Below, piece after piece: positions 1 to 12,537 of a stretch of 64,000 bases of DNA. Position 1 is the first letter of the stretch. Each line of letters starts with the position of its first letter. The position numbers and the translations under genes are program-made. The notes under the pieces were generated by a model, which saw nothing but the letters and a program-made list of their open reading frames with translations, had not been told where the DNA came from and did not search any database. This DNA is from Octopus sinensis (lineage: Eukaryota), in assembly GCF_006345805.1 (NCBI RefSeq), contig NC_043001.1:103912001-103976000 (forward strand), read 5' to 3'.

Positions 1-50
1 CTCCAGCATGGCCGCAGTCAAATGACTGAAACAAGTAAAAGAGTAAAAAA
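1..50 (+). mobile_element. 3' end of tRNA-derived SINE family A (runs off window start)
   Basis: CTCCAGCATGGCCGCAGTCAAATGACTGAAACAAGTAAAAGAGTAAA matches the 3' end of the full copy at 19659-20073. Confidence 0.85.
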
Positions 51-344
51 AGAGAGAGAGAATTTTAAAATATTTTTTTAAATATTTAAAAATACGTTGG
101 TATTATAAATATATAAATACATTAATAGATATACAAATAAATATAATTCAATCCTTACCAACATAAAATACTATCTACTAATATTTACTTCATTGATTAT
201 AATATTATTTTTAATTATATTTTAAATTTCCAATTACAGATTTTAGATTTTAGATTTAAAAAATTTACATTATCATCTTTATCCTTACTTCAAATTGATA
301 TTATGACTTTTTATTATTTTTACTCTTATTCTTATCCTTATATT

Positions 345-725
345 TATTTTGGTTTTTAAATTTCTTCAAAAATGTCGAGTGTATCTTATGTGTGCAAGCC
401 GGAATTCCATCAGTAAATTTATTTAGCATGGCATGATTGTATAATAAAGTATGCCTCCCTGGTGCATAATCTACATCTAGTGGATCCGATTCCAAAGGGA
501 GGGGTATGAGCCGGGATGGACCAAGATAATTTGAATTCTATACTCACTTCCCAAAGGTCGTTTATAGACGATGCTAATGCGGTGGATGTCCTTTATTTTG
601 GATTCTTAAAAGAACTAAGGTGGCTCCTGTACCTTTGCTTCAAGTCTATCATGCTCCCGATATTGGTTCGTCTTTGGCCATTATGGATTTGTACGCTACA
701 TTGTGCCTTACAATGTAACACACTC
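345..725 (-). pseudogene. Penelope-like element GIY-YIG endonuclease relic
   Basis: Minus strand reads ...TNIGSMIDLKQRYRSHLSSFKNPK*RTSTALASSINDLWEVSIEFKLSWSI...RCRLCTREAYFII, then after a frameshift LNKFTDGIPACTHK. This follows the PLE GIY-YIG pattern (YIG..FKQRY.NH.SSF..STALS.YIW.L...I.WSI...RC.LC..E..I..LNKR..C.H). Contains a stop and a frameshift. Confidence 0.7.
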
Positions 726-1215
726 ACCGGTAAAACTTTTTCAATAGTCTTGGCTATTGAAAAGGTTGCAAGACGCAACGAAAATTTTAGGAAAATAAAA
801 ATAAGAAACAAGTGGAATTTTTACCGGTAAAATATACAGCGAGAAATTTTCTCCATTACAAAATAGAGTGAATGACGTTGTTACGGTTTCGAATATATCT
901 CAAGCATATTTGAACTGGTAACAAGTTTGTATTGAGAATTATTAGAAATTCTAAACTTAATGCAGAAACGATATATATTCAATGCAAACCGTCTATCGGA
1001 CCATCAGCATAAAGCATCATTCCTGCATAGCTCTGAAGGTGTCACTTGAAAACCCGGAAGGGTTTATACAACCCCACGCCAGTTCCTGGTTTAGCTGCAT
1101 AACCCTGGTAATATAATGTAAAGCTTAAATGCCTGAACAGTCAACTATTTATTCAAACTAGATAGATATATTTCTATGCTGTGTACATAGCAAGAAGAGA
1201 AACTATTTCACACCT

Positions 1216-1252
<37 letters not shown>

Positions 1253-2448
1253 CACACATGCACACACACACATGCACACATGCATAGCAAGTGTAGAGAG
1301 AAGCGACAGTGTAAGGGTTATCCGATCTCTCAGTGCTTCTAGATGCAACTATTGATGAATAGAAAATTATTATTTTTAGATGCAACTATTGATGAAAAAC
1401 GAATTAATATAGATGATAGAGAGAGAATTATGATAGATACAGAGAATTATATATGTGCTTTTGATATATTTGCTGGAAATATTGGCACAGATTGTTGTTA
1501 TAAATGTATTATAATCACCGAAGCCTAAAGAAATCGAGATATATTGGACACATACTGTTAAATCTCCAACTGTTGTTGTACAACTACACTTCCTACACAC
1601 TGATCGCTACTAATGTATATACATTGTTTATGTGTGTTACATGACTGTGTCTCGATTTGTGTTGTTAGTATGTATCCTAAATATATCTCCAGTCGTGTGT
1701 GAAAGACACTTTTGGCATTACTCGTCCTTAAATATGCATTTCAATAATTCCGTAGAGCTATTTAAATATTCTCCGTGCATGTGTATAGAAAATCAGTGGC
1801 CAGGAATTAACTACAACAGAGAGTTGAAATGCTTTCCTCCCTCCGTTTGTTTGCAATTGTATGGCTGTCTTCTTTACCCTCTTAACCCCGACATATTATT
1901 CATGTTAATTTGGTGATTGGCATTCCCAACTATCAATAACTCTAATGTGTTTACACTTTTATTATGTCAGAATGTTAGCTTAGAAGCTTTAACATCTCAA
2001 ATTGCATTTTGCTTGGACTTATGTACATTTCAGTCGCTGTCAAAGACTGGTTAGAAAGATTCGACTAATTCTGCAGTTAAACTATTCGGTTTAAGCAACA
2101 GACAAGACAAACGAACCTCCCAAAAGAAACCTTACAAGATTTTATATCTTCGTCTAGTAATGAACATTTGTATACAAATACCGCTAAAAGTCATGACACG
2201 TGATTGTAGAACGAAATCTTTTGAAGTAGGTAGTTTAATATTGAAATACATATAGGTTTTGAGAGGAAGTTAGATTTAATTAAGTCTTTGATCTAAGGTT
2301 TTCATGTAGAATAACATATTCTCTGATAACATAGGAACATTTTGAATGCGATTCTTTATAAACTAGAAATTTTTTACTTCACTTAACTAAAGAATCGCAA
2401 CCGAATGAAATGAGAAAAGGAAACAGAAATATAAAATGAAAGTTTAGA

Positions 2449-2618
2449 AGCGCAGACATGGCTGTGCGGAAAGATGCTTGCTTCTGAATCACCTGGCTTT
2501 GGGTTCAATCCCATTGAGTGGCAACTTGGACGCCACGCAGTGGGGTCTTCTGCTGTAGCCTCAGGCTGACCAAAGAATTGTGAGTGGATTTAACAAACAG
2601 AAGCTGAAAGAAACCAAT

Positions 2619-2654
<36 letters not shown>

Positions 2655-2927
2655 CGCGCGTGTGCATGCGCGCGTGTGCATGCGCGCGTGTGCATGCGCG
2701 CGTGTGCATGCGCGCGTGTGCATGCGCGCGTGTGTGTTTCTGTTTGTATTTGTCCACCACCACCACCACTTCACAACTGTGAATCTACGTAACTAACCGG
2801 TTTGACAAAAAGAGGCCGATAAAATAAGTACCAGTCTTTCAAAATTGTACGACTAAATCCTTCAATTCATTGCCCCAGTATGGCCGCAGTCTAATGACTC
2901 AAACACGGGGAAGATAAAAGAAAAAGA
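2449..2927 (+). mobile_element. SINE family A, diverged copy with internal microsatellite
   Basis: Head GCGCAGACATGGCTGTGCGG...GGGTTCAATCCC (A/B-box-like), internal (TG)n/(GCGCGCGTGTGCAT)n tract, tail ATGGCCGCAGTCTAATGACTCAAAC; colinear with 19659-20073. Confidence 0.75.
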
Positions 2928-3193
2928 GTTGAAAACTTTCTGTTCGGAAGATCCATATCTTGTTAAATGCCGATAAGTTATTTCAGAATTTCATTTCCAG
3001 CAAAGTATCTGCGACGACAGTTAGTCCTCTTACAAGAAGCATCTGACAAAATTTGGCCCAGATTATTGTTCTGAATGAAGAGAATTCACAAGGAACTTGA
3101 GAGAAATCCTAGTGTAGTGCTTGTCGTGGGAAAACAGCTTTGACCTGTCTCTTCTCGCGTAATCCCTCATAATGTCTAGCAAAATTGGTGTCT

Positions 3194-3612
3194 ACCTATT
3201 TCTTTACTACCCACAAAGCGCTAAAAACAGAGGGGACAAACAAGGACAGACAAACGGATTAAGTCGATTACATCGACCCCAGTGCGTAATTGGTACTTAA
3301 TTTATCGACCCCGAAAGGATGAAAGGTAATGTCGACCTCGACGAAATTTGAACTCAGAACGTAACGGCAGACGAAATACCTATTTCATTACTACCCACAA
3401 GGGGCTAAACACAGAGAGGACAAACAAGGACAGACAAACGAATTAAGTCGATTATATCTACCCCAGTGCGTAACTGGTACTTAAGTTATCGACTCCGAAA
3501 GGATGAAAGGCAAAGTCGACCTCGGCGGAATTTGAACTCAGAACGTAGCGGCAGACGAAATACCTCTAAGCATTTCGCCCGGCGTGCTAACAATTCTACC
3601 AGCTTGCCGCCC
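3194..3612 (-). mobile_element. SINE family B, head-to-tail dimer
   Basis: Full copy about 3612-3377 (head GGCGGCAAGCTGGTAGAATTGTTAGCAC, B-box-like GAGTTCAAATTCC, central GCCTTTCATCCTTTCGG.GTCGATAA.TTAAGTACCAG) followed by a 5'-truncated copy about 3380-3194. Confidence 0.85.
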
Positions 3613-4479
3613 TTCGATGAAATAAAGTGTTTGTCAAGTGCTGCAATCGATATAATCGCTCCAAATTCACGGTTTCCAAATTCACGGTTTCCAAATTCAT
3701 GGTTTTGTAAGAAATTGATTTCATTTAACGTGACATTTCTAACGAGGTGAATGAGCTTAGCTCTTGCTAACAAGTAACTCGATCCAAAACTCAGATTCAC
3801 AGAAGCATAGCCAGGTTCTTAATTAACAGTCTTCTGCTGAAAGCTCTTGTTAACAAATAAGTCGGAACAGCAAGAATTTTCACCGGACCCTGAATTTTCT
3901 AGATTCACGATTTGTGAAGCTAGAAAATGCGCGGAGTTTTAAAATAATCGCTAATTGCGATTATTTCAAAATTCAGTTCTTACAAACTTCACGTCTCTTT
4001 GCAAGCTCGAGCCCAGACCCGAACCATTACACAATGTTCTAAAAGGAATATAAATATAACAAAATAACCAGTTGCCAACAGTATTTGTCGATGCTTCCAT
4101 TACTTTTTTCGGATAAACGGCAGGTTGTGGCTAGTAACAGCGCGATAGAGAATAAATTTATTTTATACGATTATTTAATCCGAGAGTTGACTGAATTCCA
4201 TGGTCGTCTGACATTTAATGCAAGTATAGTGTTGAGAAATCACAACCATAACAGACAGCAGTTCTTGCCAGAGATTATGTTATGAGTGCTGTCTCATAAC
4301 ATAGAACAGAGCGAATAAAATATGTTTGCATGAGTTAATCCAAATCACGAAAATGGCAACTGATTAACTACCACTCAAACATAAATATATTTAGAGGTGT
4401 CAAGAACATCACCATGTTAATGAACCTGATGTTGGTCAGTCTGACGTCAAATTCGTGCCAACATATCTCGACGTACACC

Positions 4480-4960
4480 ATAAGAACACAACTTTTCAAA
4501 AATCGATATCCGCAACTTAGAATATCTTCAAATGTATAAGGAAATATTTGAGGAAATGAATGTAAAATTGAATATGTTGAAGTGGTTTTTATGTGTAGCA
4601 AGAAAATCTACTGTAATTAGAAAATCGGTTGAAGCGTGGCAGAGATCGGTTTAGTAAGAAAACAGGCCAAACTAAGAATGTGTTTCGTGATGGTTCTATC
4701 TACAAAAGCTACGTCTCACCCGATTCACACCGTTTTCAATAAGCAAGGCATATCGGATAATGTTGTCTTAGATATCAATAAAATAACGGTATGATCATGG
4801 TTGGAACGCTATTAATTATTTGTTTCTTCGATATCGCCAATAGTTCAAGGAAGTTAAGGAATCTTATAATTTGAGTTGGCCAAACAATGTTAGTCATTGC
4901 GACAAGGATTTCCTCTCTAACATTCGTGAAGAAATAGCTATAAGTCGGTGACTGGGAAGA
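4480..4960 (+). pseudogene. Possible highly degraded LTR-retrotransposon (Gypsy-like) integrase
   Basis: Broken frames give YLQMYKEIFEE, VEAWQRSV, VFNKQGISDNVVLD, SWLERY.LFVSSISP and RNSYKSVTGKT, loosely in the order expected for an rve integrase. Many stops; similarity judged by eye only. Confidence 0.25.
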
Positions 4961-5527
4961 CAGGAGTGTGTTAGACTCAGGAGAGCATCGGGAAATACGT
5001 CTTGAGGAATTTAGCTGCGTTGAGACTCGAATCCTACAGAGGTCGACTCGAATCCTACAGAGGTCGGCTTTATCTGTCATCATTCTAATAGTGACGGCGA
5101 GACAGTAAAATATGAATCAGTCTTGTACGAGATCAATAAAGACGGTGATTCTTATTTATCTTGTTCCAGTTTCCGGTAATGTACAGGGAGGGTGTTCGGT
5201 TAAATTCGACGAGTTTTATGCCTCGTTTCTTTTAAGGAAGAGCTTTGTGTGTTGGTGAAGTGTCAATGGTGTTGGAGAGCATAAGAACTAGTGTTGTAGG
5301 TGAAAAAAGTTAGGTGGCATGGAGGACGGGTAGCCGCCTGAATATAGGAAAAGAAATACCTGTATCGTAATGATTCGCTCCATGAACCAAAAAACCGACA
5401 TCAGGATTACAACGAGGGATGTATCGACAAAATTCTAAGTAATACGAAATGTGTTCCCCTGTTATTAAATACAACCACCAGTGTTGTGTGCTACTTTCTT
5501 TCACTTAGCCACTCTGGTTTGGCATGT

Positions 5528-5563
<36 letters not shown>

Positions 5564-6065
5564 TGATGGCTGCCATCCGATTTTGAGCAATGTCATCGCT
5601 TAGCTTTCTCTCTTCAACAGGAGAAGTAGAGATGTGAGTCTCGAGTCCTCTCGGGGAATATAAATGCTTTTGCAAAAACGGTGCAACGATGAATTCCTCT
5701 TCAAACACGTGTTCACGGCGTCTACCATCACCATCCACATATGTACACACACATACGCGCACACTTGCACACGTACACACACATGCACACACACACACGC
5801 ACACACACACACACACACACAGGTGCATACACGGGCACACGTACACACATACGTATGCACGCGCGCATACAGGCATTCGGTATGCCTGGAATGTATTTCG
5901 TTTGCTGTTGTAGTTTCTTGTTTTTCCTGGCGATGATCACAAATATATATATATATATATCATCTAGGTAATAACCTCATAACCTGCATATCAAAACCCT
6001 TTTAAGGTTATCGGCTACCTTATGCCATCTTACAGCAGAGTTACTCCTTTTACTGCATCGGGGGG

Positions 6066-6397
6066 GCACCCTTTGGTCATGAATGACCATGGGATTGCAC
6101 CTACATTGTTACCCTCCGAAGCCCAAGTCCGGGCAAGGTTGTTTATGGAAGGCCAGCAGTCGCCCATGCATACAGGCCTTCCCTCTCCACGCCACTAGTG
6201 TTATCCAAGGGAAAGGCAAAAGGGGCCGATACAGCTTGGCACCTATGACGTCACAACTCATTTCTACAGCCGAGTGAACTGGAGCAACGTGAAATGAAGT
6301 GTCTTGCTCAAGAACACAACACGCAGTCCGGTCCTGGATTCGAGCTCACAACCTCATGATCGTAAGCTCGACGCTCTAAGAACTGAGCCATGCGCCT
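6066..6397 (-). mobile_element. SINE family C, near full length
   Basis: Head AGGCGCATGGCTCAGT..., B-box-like GCTCGAATCC, then GTGTTGTGTTCTTGAGCAAGACACTT; tail matches 8169-8435. Confidence 0.8.
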
Positions 6398-7313
6398 AAC
6401 CGTAACCCTAATTTGCTGCATGTACATATGGATATCCCTTAGTGCACGGAGAATTCATAAAACATATTTTTAAACAAGATGGAATGAACAAACTTTAATC
6501 ACAGGTCACGTGCACTCCGGACAGCTGTTAGTTGATGCGTTTTCCATGAATACATATCATCATATAAATATATAAACGTGATTCAGTTGTGGCTGTATAT
6601 TTGCACGCCATCAGATAAGTGACCTTGAGAGCTGTAGTGGATTAAGTACAGTTCTTTTATACACACAAACACAGAGAAAGACACACATGCATGCATACAT
6701 ACATATACAAACAAACTCTCGCTCACACACACACGCACATACATACAGATATATGTATAAGACAAGGTATAAAGAACAGCGATTGCTCTACTGTAGTAAA
6801 CTTGGCTTACAACTGTTTCCGGTAATCATTATAGGTTCAATATTCATTGGTTTACTCAGTCGGTTCACTGATCGATTGAGAAAAGCTGAACGAGATCGAG
6901 AGATATTGTACTCAGGTGAGAACCAAACAGTCAAATGACAAATGAGCGGAGAGAGGTAATTAATACAAGGTGAGAGGAAGATAGATAAAGAGAAAAGGGG
7001 AAAGCGATGAGCTGGAGAAGAACTAAAAGAAAGAGAAGGAAAGAAAAGGAAGAGAGAAATAAAGAGAAACAATAGGGGAGGTGAGTATGGGACGGAAGAA
7101 TGAAGACAGAAAGAAATAAGCGATGGCCAGAAATTTATTTGGAACGGCAATAAAATGTTAGCGGCCTTCCTCTGTTTATCATCACAATCAAAAACACTTG
7201 CATTGACTTCAGGCCAAACACTCTACTATCTAAGATGGAGTGTTGAAATTTTGATTTGTACAATTTAAGTCTCATGGTCGACTTCTTAATCTTTAATATT
7301 CGGTCATTCCTAA

Positions 7314-7545
7314 GGTGGCGAGCTGGCAGAAACGTTAGCACGCGGGCGAAATGCCTAGCGATATTTCGACTGCCGTTACGTTCTGAGTTCAAATTCCGCC
7401 GAGGTCGACTTTGCCTTTCATCCTTTCGGGGTCGATAAATTAAGTACCAGTTACGCACTGGGTCGATAAAATCGACTTAATCCGTTTGTCTGTCCTTGTT
7501 TGTCCTCTCTGTGTTTAGCACCTTGTGGGTAGTAAAGATATACGT
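7314..7545 (+). mobile_element. SINE family B
   Basis: GGTGGCGAGCTGGCAGAAACGTTAGCACG...GAGTTCAAATTCCGCC...GCCTTTCATCCTTTCGGGGTCGATAAATTAAGTACCAG; same family as 3194-3612 and 35921-36149. Confidence 0.85.
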
Positions 7546-7606
7546 ATTTATTTATGCCCGTCTTTTAATCAAACTGCACACGTGTGCGTGTGTGTGTGCG
7601 TGTGTG

Positions 7607-7649
<43 letters not shown>

Positions 7650-7981
7650 ATGAATGGTCCATTATACTAAACATGCTGTTTCTTTTCCTTCTATCAATTT
7701 GTTTATGAAAGATGTCACCGTCTTTCAACAGATTTCTGCAATGTACTATATTAAATCTTCCAGACCCTGCAACCATATTCGCAATAGATTTAAAAAAAAA
7801 ACAAAAACATGTTTCTCTTAACGTGTCTGCGTAGCTGTAACAACTTTCTGGCGCTTGTCAGTAAAGAAAGGAAAATAGGCATTTGAAATGTACTTCATCT
7901 TACAACGTACGAAAATATCAAAATGTCATTCCTATTGCCATTAGCCTTGAACAAGGTTTTGTGCCGCCTATACGTGCGCAC

Positions 7982-8052
<71 letters not shown>

Positions 8053-8058
8053 TACCCC

Positions 8059-8107
<49 letters not shown>

Positions 8108-8168
8108 GTGCACACACAATATTCTATTGTAGGATGTTAAGTGTAATATATATATATATATATATGAA

Positions 8169-8435
8169 ACGTCGAGCTTACGATCGTGAGGTTGTGAGTT
8201 TGAATCCGAGACCGGGCTGCGTGTTGTGTTCTTGAGCAAGACATTTTATTTCACTGGTGCCAAGCTGTATCGGCCCCTTTATCTTTCCCTTGGGTAACAT
8301 CGGTGGCGTGGAGAGGGGAGGCCGGTATGCATAGGTGACTGCTGGTCTTCCATAAACAACATTGCCCGGACTTGTGCCTGGGAGGATAACTTTCTAGGTG
8401 CAATCCCATGGTCATTCACTCCCGAAGGGGGTCTC
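8169..8435 (+). mobile_element. SINE family C, 5'-truncated and internally deleted
   Basis: Reverse-complement match to 6066-6397 (GTCGAGCTTACGATCGTGAGGTTGTGAG...CATAAACAACATTGCCCGGACTTG). Confidence 0.8.
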
Positions 8436-8463
8436 ATCATATATATATATATATATATACTAC

Positions 8464-8773
8464 TGCACTCCGTCGGTTACGACGACGAGGGTTCCTGTTC
8501 ATCCGATCCACGGAACAGCCTGCACTTGTTCTAACTACGTTAAGGAGTGGTTGAGTACTCCTTAACGTAATGTGACAAGGCTGGCCCCTTTGAAATGCAG
8601 GTACAACAGAAACATGAAGAAAGAGTGAAAGAAAGTTATGGTGGAAGAGTTTAGCAGGGTTCTCCCCCTGCCGAAGCCTCGTGGATCTTTAGGTGTTTTC
8701 GCTCAATAAGCACTCACAACGCCCGGAATCTATGACCGCGAGTCCGCTACCCTAACCACGGGGCCATTGCGCC
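8464..8773 (-). mobile_element. SINE family D
   Basis: Reverse complement of 24097-24490 (head GGCGCAATGGCCC, tail GACGGAGTGCA) with internal deletions. Confidence 0.8.
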
Positions 8774-8778
8774 CCCCC

Positions 8779-8854
<76 letters not shown>

Positions 8855-8855
<1 letters not shown>

Positions 8856-9299
8856 ACTTATAAATAAGGGTAAAAGAAAATATTCCAATGCCAAATATGC
8901 TGAGAATAGACTTTGAATCGTCAATAACCACATATAATTAATTCATCATTTTAAGCACGCGTCTCGAAGCAAACTGACAGAAATTTCTAAAAACTTCCGT
9001 TGTTACCGAATCGGTTCGATTTCTGAGTTAATTCATAAAGAATTTTCTTGTCATCAGCGGCAAATATGTGAAGTGATAAATGAAATACTTACTTGCACCC
9101 ATGGAACAAGCAGAACGCAAAGTCATGAATACACTTAAGTACCCCAAATATATCCAAATAGAAATTTTGCAGTACATTCTGTCAGCTTGCTTCGAGACGC
9201 GTGCTTATAATGATGAATTATGTGTTTATTGACGATTTAAAATCTCTTTCTCGGCATATTTGACATAGGAATTTTTTCATTTGCCGTTATTTATAAGTT
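8855..9299. mobile_element. Fold-back element with about 130-bp imperfect terminal inverted repeats
   Basis: AACTTATAAATAA...GCACGCGTCTCGAAGCAAACTGACAGAA mirrored by TTCTGTCAGCTTGCTTCGAGACGCGTGC...TTATTTATAAGTT. Confidence 0.75.
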
Positions 9300-9316
9300 G
9301 TTTATGTGTGTGCGCG

Positions 9317-9620
9317 CCTCACTGGACTATCATCTCTTCGGCGCCACGAAAAAGGGTTTGAGAGGCAAACATTATTCCAGAAACGAGGAAGTGAAAACTG
9401 TAGTGAAGAAGTGGCTCAAAGAACACTCAACAGAATTTTACGGGGCAGGGATACATGCTCTCATTCGAAGGTGGAACATTGCTATTGAGAGAAACGGTGA
9501 CTATGTTGAGAAGTAGGGATGTGATACACAGAGGACCAGCTTCAATTTGATTCATGTTATGTGTCGCTAATTGTACCTGTCCGAAACAAAATGGCGGCAT
9601 TACTTTTTGACTCACCCTCG
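9317..9620 (+). mobile_element. Mariner 3' fragment (transposase C-terminus plus right TIR)
   Basis: DYHLFGATKKGLRGKHYSRNEEVKTVVKKWLKEHSTEFYGAGIHALIRRWNIAIERNGDYVEK*, then a TIR ending ...ATTACTTTTTGACTCACCCTCG followed by TA. Confidence 0.85.
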
Positions 9621-10700
9621 TATATATTACAATCAAATTGTCAAAACTACGATTAATTCTCCCTTTCTTAGCTTCGCCTTCTTTTCTCTGCGCCTACTCT
9701 AAATGCATTGACACTTCTGGTTAAATATGTTAAGCGATACAGTGAAGATATGCCCTCAGTATTTTTTTCAGCTATTTCTATCCTAAATTTAAATATGATA
9801 AAATCGATCACAGCCAAAACTTGGGAAGTTGACAGTTTTCCTTTAGGTAAAGAGAATATTTTGGAAGCGGGTGACAGACATATTATTTCAAAGATGGCGG
9901 TGAAAAATGTTTTGTTTTTGTGAAGTTTTTGTATGTAAGTAGTAGAAAGGAATGTCCAGGTAGCTACTGAGGAATGTCCAGAGAAGTACAATTCTTTGGT
10001 TTAAAAAAATCAATTTTTTGTTTCAGCGAGTGGAAAAACTGTTTTTCTGCATCAATTATTTGCTTTTTTTTATTGGTAATTTTAGTTTGTTATTTTTTAT
10101 TTATGTGTGTGCGTGCGTGCGTGTGTGAAAAGTTTATCGATCGCCATTATCTACCGCCTTCTGGTGCAAAGTATCATAAAATACGGTTGTATTTCTTTAT
10201 GTATTCTAAGTTCAAAAGAAACTTCTTAGGATTCTCCCAAGATGCATTGAATTATTTTCATAGAGTAGAATTATTCTGTATTTTGTTAGAAACCGTTATT
10301 ATTATTGAGGAAACTCACGTCTATCTTCACACAAGCTAGTGGTCACCCATTACGTTTTTAGATATATTCCTGAATATAAAAGCCTGTGTGTGAGTGCACC
10401 AATCAATAGGAGAATAAGCTTAGCATCTTTGTGCATCTGTTTTTATACATATCACAATATCTATCTGCGTTTCCCTACCTATTAATGTCTGAGCTCAATG
10501 GTCTTCAGTGCGCGCGTGTGGTTTTACTTCTGTATACTCAATGTTCGAGTCTACAAGTGATTTTTTTTTGTATCAATAATACATATCTGTATGTATGTTT
10601 ATGCGTGTGTGTGTTGAGGTATGTATACGTGCGTGTCTATATCAATGAAGAATGAAGCATATGACTACATTCATTGCCTTACCAAACGTATAAATAAGTA

Positions 10701-10742
<42 letters not shown>

Positions 10743-11008
10743 TATGTGTGTGTGTGTGTATATATATACTTTATATATTCGTTTTGCAAGATTCTTGACG
10801 TGAGTTCGTGTGTTGAAACAGATATTGTTGTATTTAGGGGTGGTCATGTTGCCAGTTTAGTCAATAAAAACACACGCACTATATATTTGGTGTTAATTTG
10901 CTTCAGCGTTATTTATTTTTTACATTAATCTTAATCTTATTTCGGCCAGCTTTCTTTCGTCACACTTCTGTGACCTCATCAGTGGTCCTTTGCTTTCTTC
11001 TTTCGTAA

Positions 11009-11073
11009 TGGCAGACGAAATGCCGCTAAGCATTTCGTCCGGCGCGCTAACGATTCTGCCAGCTCGCCGCCTT
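11009..11073 (-). mobile_element. SINE family B, head only
   Basis: Reverse complement of GGCGGCGAGCTGGCAGAATCGTTAGCGCGCCGGACGAAATGCTTAGCGGC. Confidence 0.75.
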
Positions 11074-11810
11074 TTGTAGCAACTACAATGTCCAGATAAA
11101 CAAAACTAAAATAAATATTTACGTCAGACATTTGTTTCGTCTTCAGTTTGAAGGAGCACAATGCTCTCGATGCTTGGTTCTATTAGTTTTAACATTCCTA
11201 CTCCATGTTTAATTCCAAGAATTTCACTTTGAATGAGATCCTACAGCAACGAGACACGAGAATCTAGAATTTCTTCAGAAATTTGATGTTGTAATCCGCT
11301 TTGATAATTCAAACATTTGAAGAACGAGATGGCGGGGTGGAAAATATTTTGTCTGTGATGTCATAGAACCTGTTTTAACCACCAAATATTCCATTGGGTT
11401 TCTCTTTGACACCAGAATATGCTATGAGTGATATTCTACAGAAAAAAAACCATATTTGATAAACTGAAACACAATATCAAATACACGGACACTGACACAC
11501 GCATGCCTACACAACATCCGCATTACACACACTCACAAATCATTTTCGCTTCAAAGTTTAAGCGATGGTTTAATTAACCATTAAAGTGCTACTTCAATTA
11601 ACGATTGACGTTCAGCTTAATATTTTGTTACTAAATCCTCACAAACATCATCATCAACATCATCAACGTCATCATCATTATCAATATTATCATCAACTTC
11701 ATCATCATCATCATCATTTTACGGACCGTCGTCGACGTCACCATTGCCAATTCTAAATTTTTTTACAATAAATGTAAATGAAAAATAAATCAATGACTCA
11801 ATTGTAAGAA

Positions 11811-11814
<4 letters not shown>

Positions 11815-11876
<62 letters not shown>

Positions 11877-11910
11877 AACAACAATAACAACAATAATAAT
11901 AATAATAATA
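11815..11910. repeat. (AAT)n/(AAC)n compound microsatellite
   Basis: Read directly from the sequence. Confidence 0.95.
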
Positions 11911-12326
11911 AGCAAATATTCTGCTCAATACCACAGATTTGCTTGTTAGTTGTTTGACTTTAACCAGTTGAGCATGTCCCTTAGGGACTGACGATACGAG
12001 ACGTAGGGGAGTATCATAGCCATGTGTTGAGAGGGATTCTTTGGGGTTTGAATAATTCACCTCTGGAAACATGGGAGTTTCGTTCAACATCCTTAAACAA
12101 CCCTTATTCAGGGACCTTTTGAGCGGGATGGGTTGCTCGACCAGAAGAAAATTCTAACTGCAAGGTCATGTGCTGTCTATCTTGATTTGTGATTACTATG
12201 TCGCGCACATATGGTTGTGATGCATGTGCCTGGTGTACCCTTATCAGACGGGTAGTCATGATGGGTATACTGGGCTTCGTATATTTTATCCCGGTGTCAC
12301 TTTGATGGCATGCACTGCTCTCTCAC

Positions 12327-12327
<1 letters not shown>
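11911..12327 (+). mobile_element. Unclassified about 420-bp interspersed element between (AAT)n tracts; probably a 5'-truncated retroposon 3' UTR
   Basis: Complex-sequence island with sharp borders to (AAT)n on both sides, ending GCACTGCTCTCTCAC then (AAT)n; no convincing ORF. Family assignment is inference. Confidence 0.45.
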
Positions 12328-12384
<57 letters not shown>

Positions 12385-12416
12385 TGATGATGATAATAAT
12401 AAAAATGATAATAATG

Positions 12417-12472
<56 letters not shown>

Positions 12473-12485
12473 TATAATAATAATA

Positions 12486-12535
<50 letters not shown>
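12328..12535. repeat. (AAT)n microsatellite, about 200 bp
   Basis: Read directly from the sequence; a few GAT/TAT interruptions. Confidence 0.95.

Positions 12536-12537
<2 letters not shown>

Noticed and set aside
3661-5065. Short tandem repeats (15 bp x3 at 3661-3705; 21 bp x2 at 5024-5065) as CRISPR-like arrays
   Set aside because: No spacers, eukaryotic context and no cas genes; these are ordinary slippage duplications.
8960-9210. Hammerhead in the 8855-9299 fold-back
   Set aside because: The palindrome ACGCGT is present, but it reads GAGACGCGTG in both arms and no correctly placed CTGANGA or stem I was found.
11120-11150. CTGAAGA-C-GAAACAAATGTC on the minus strand
   Set aside because: Stem II is absent and stem I does not pair, so it is probably chance or an unrecoverable remnant.
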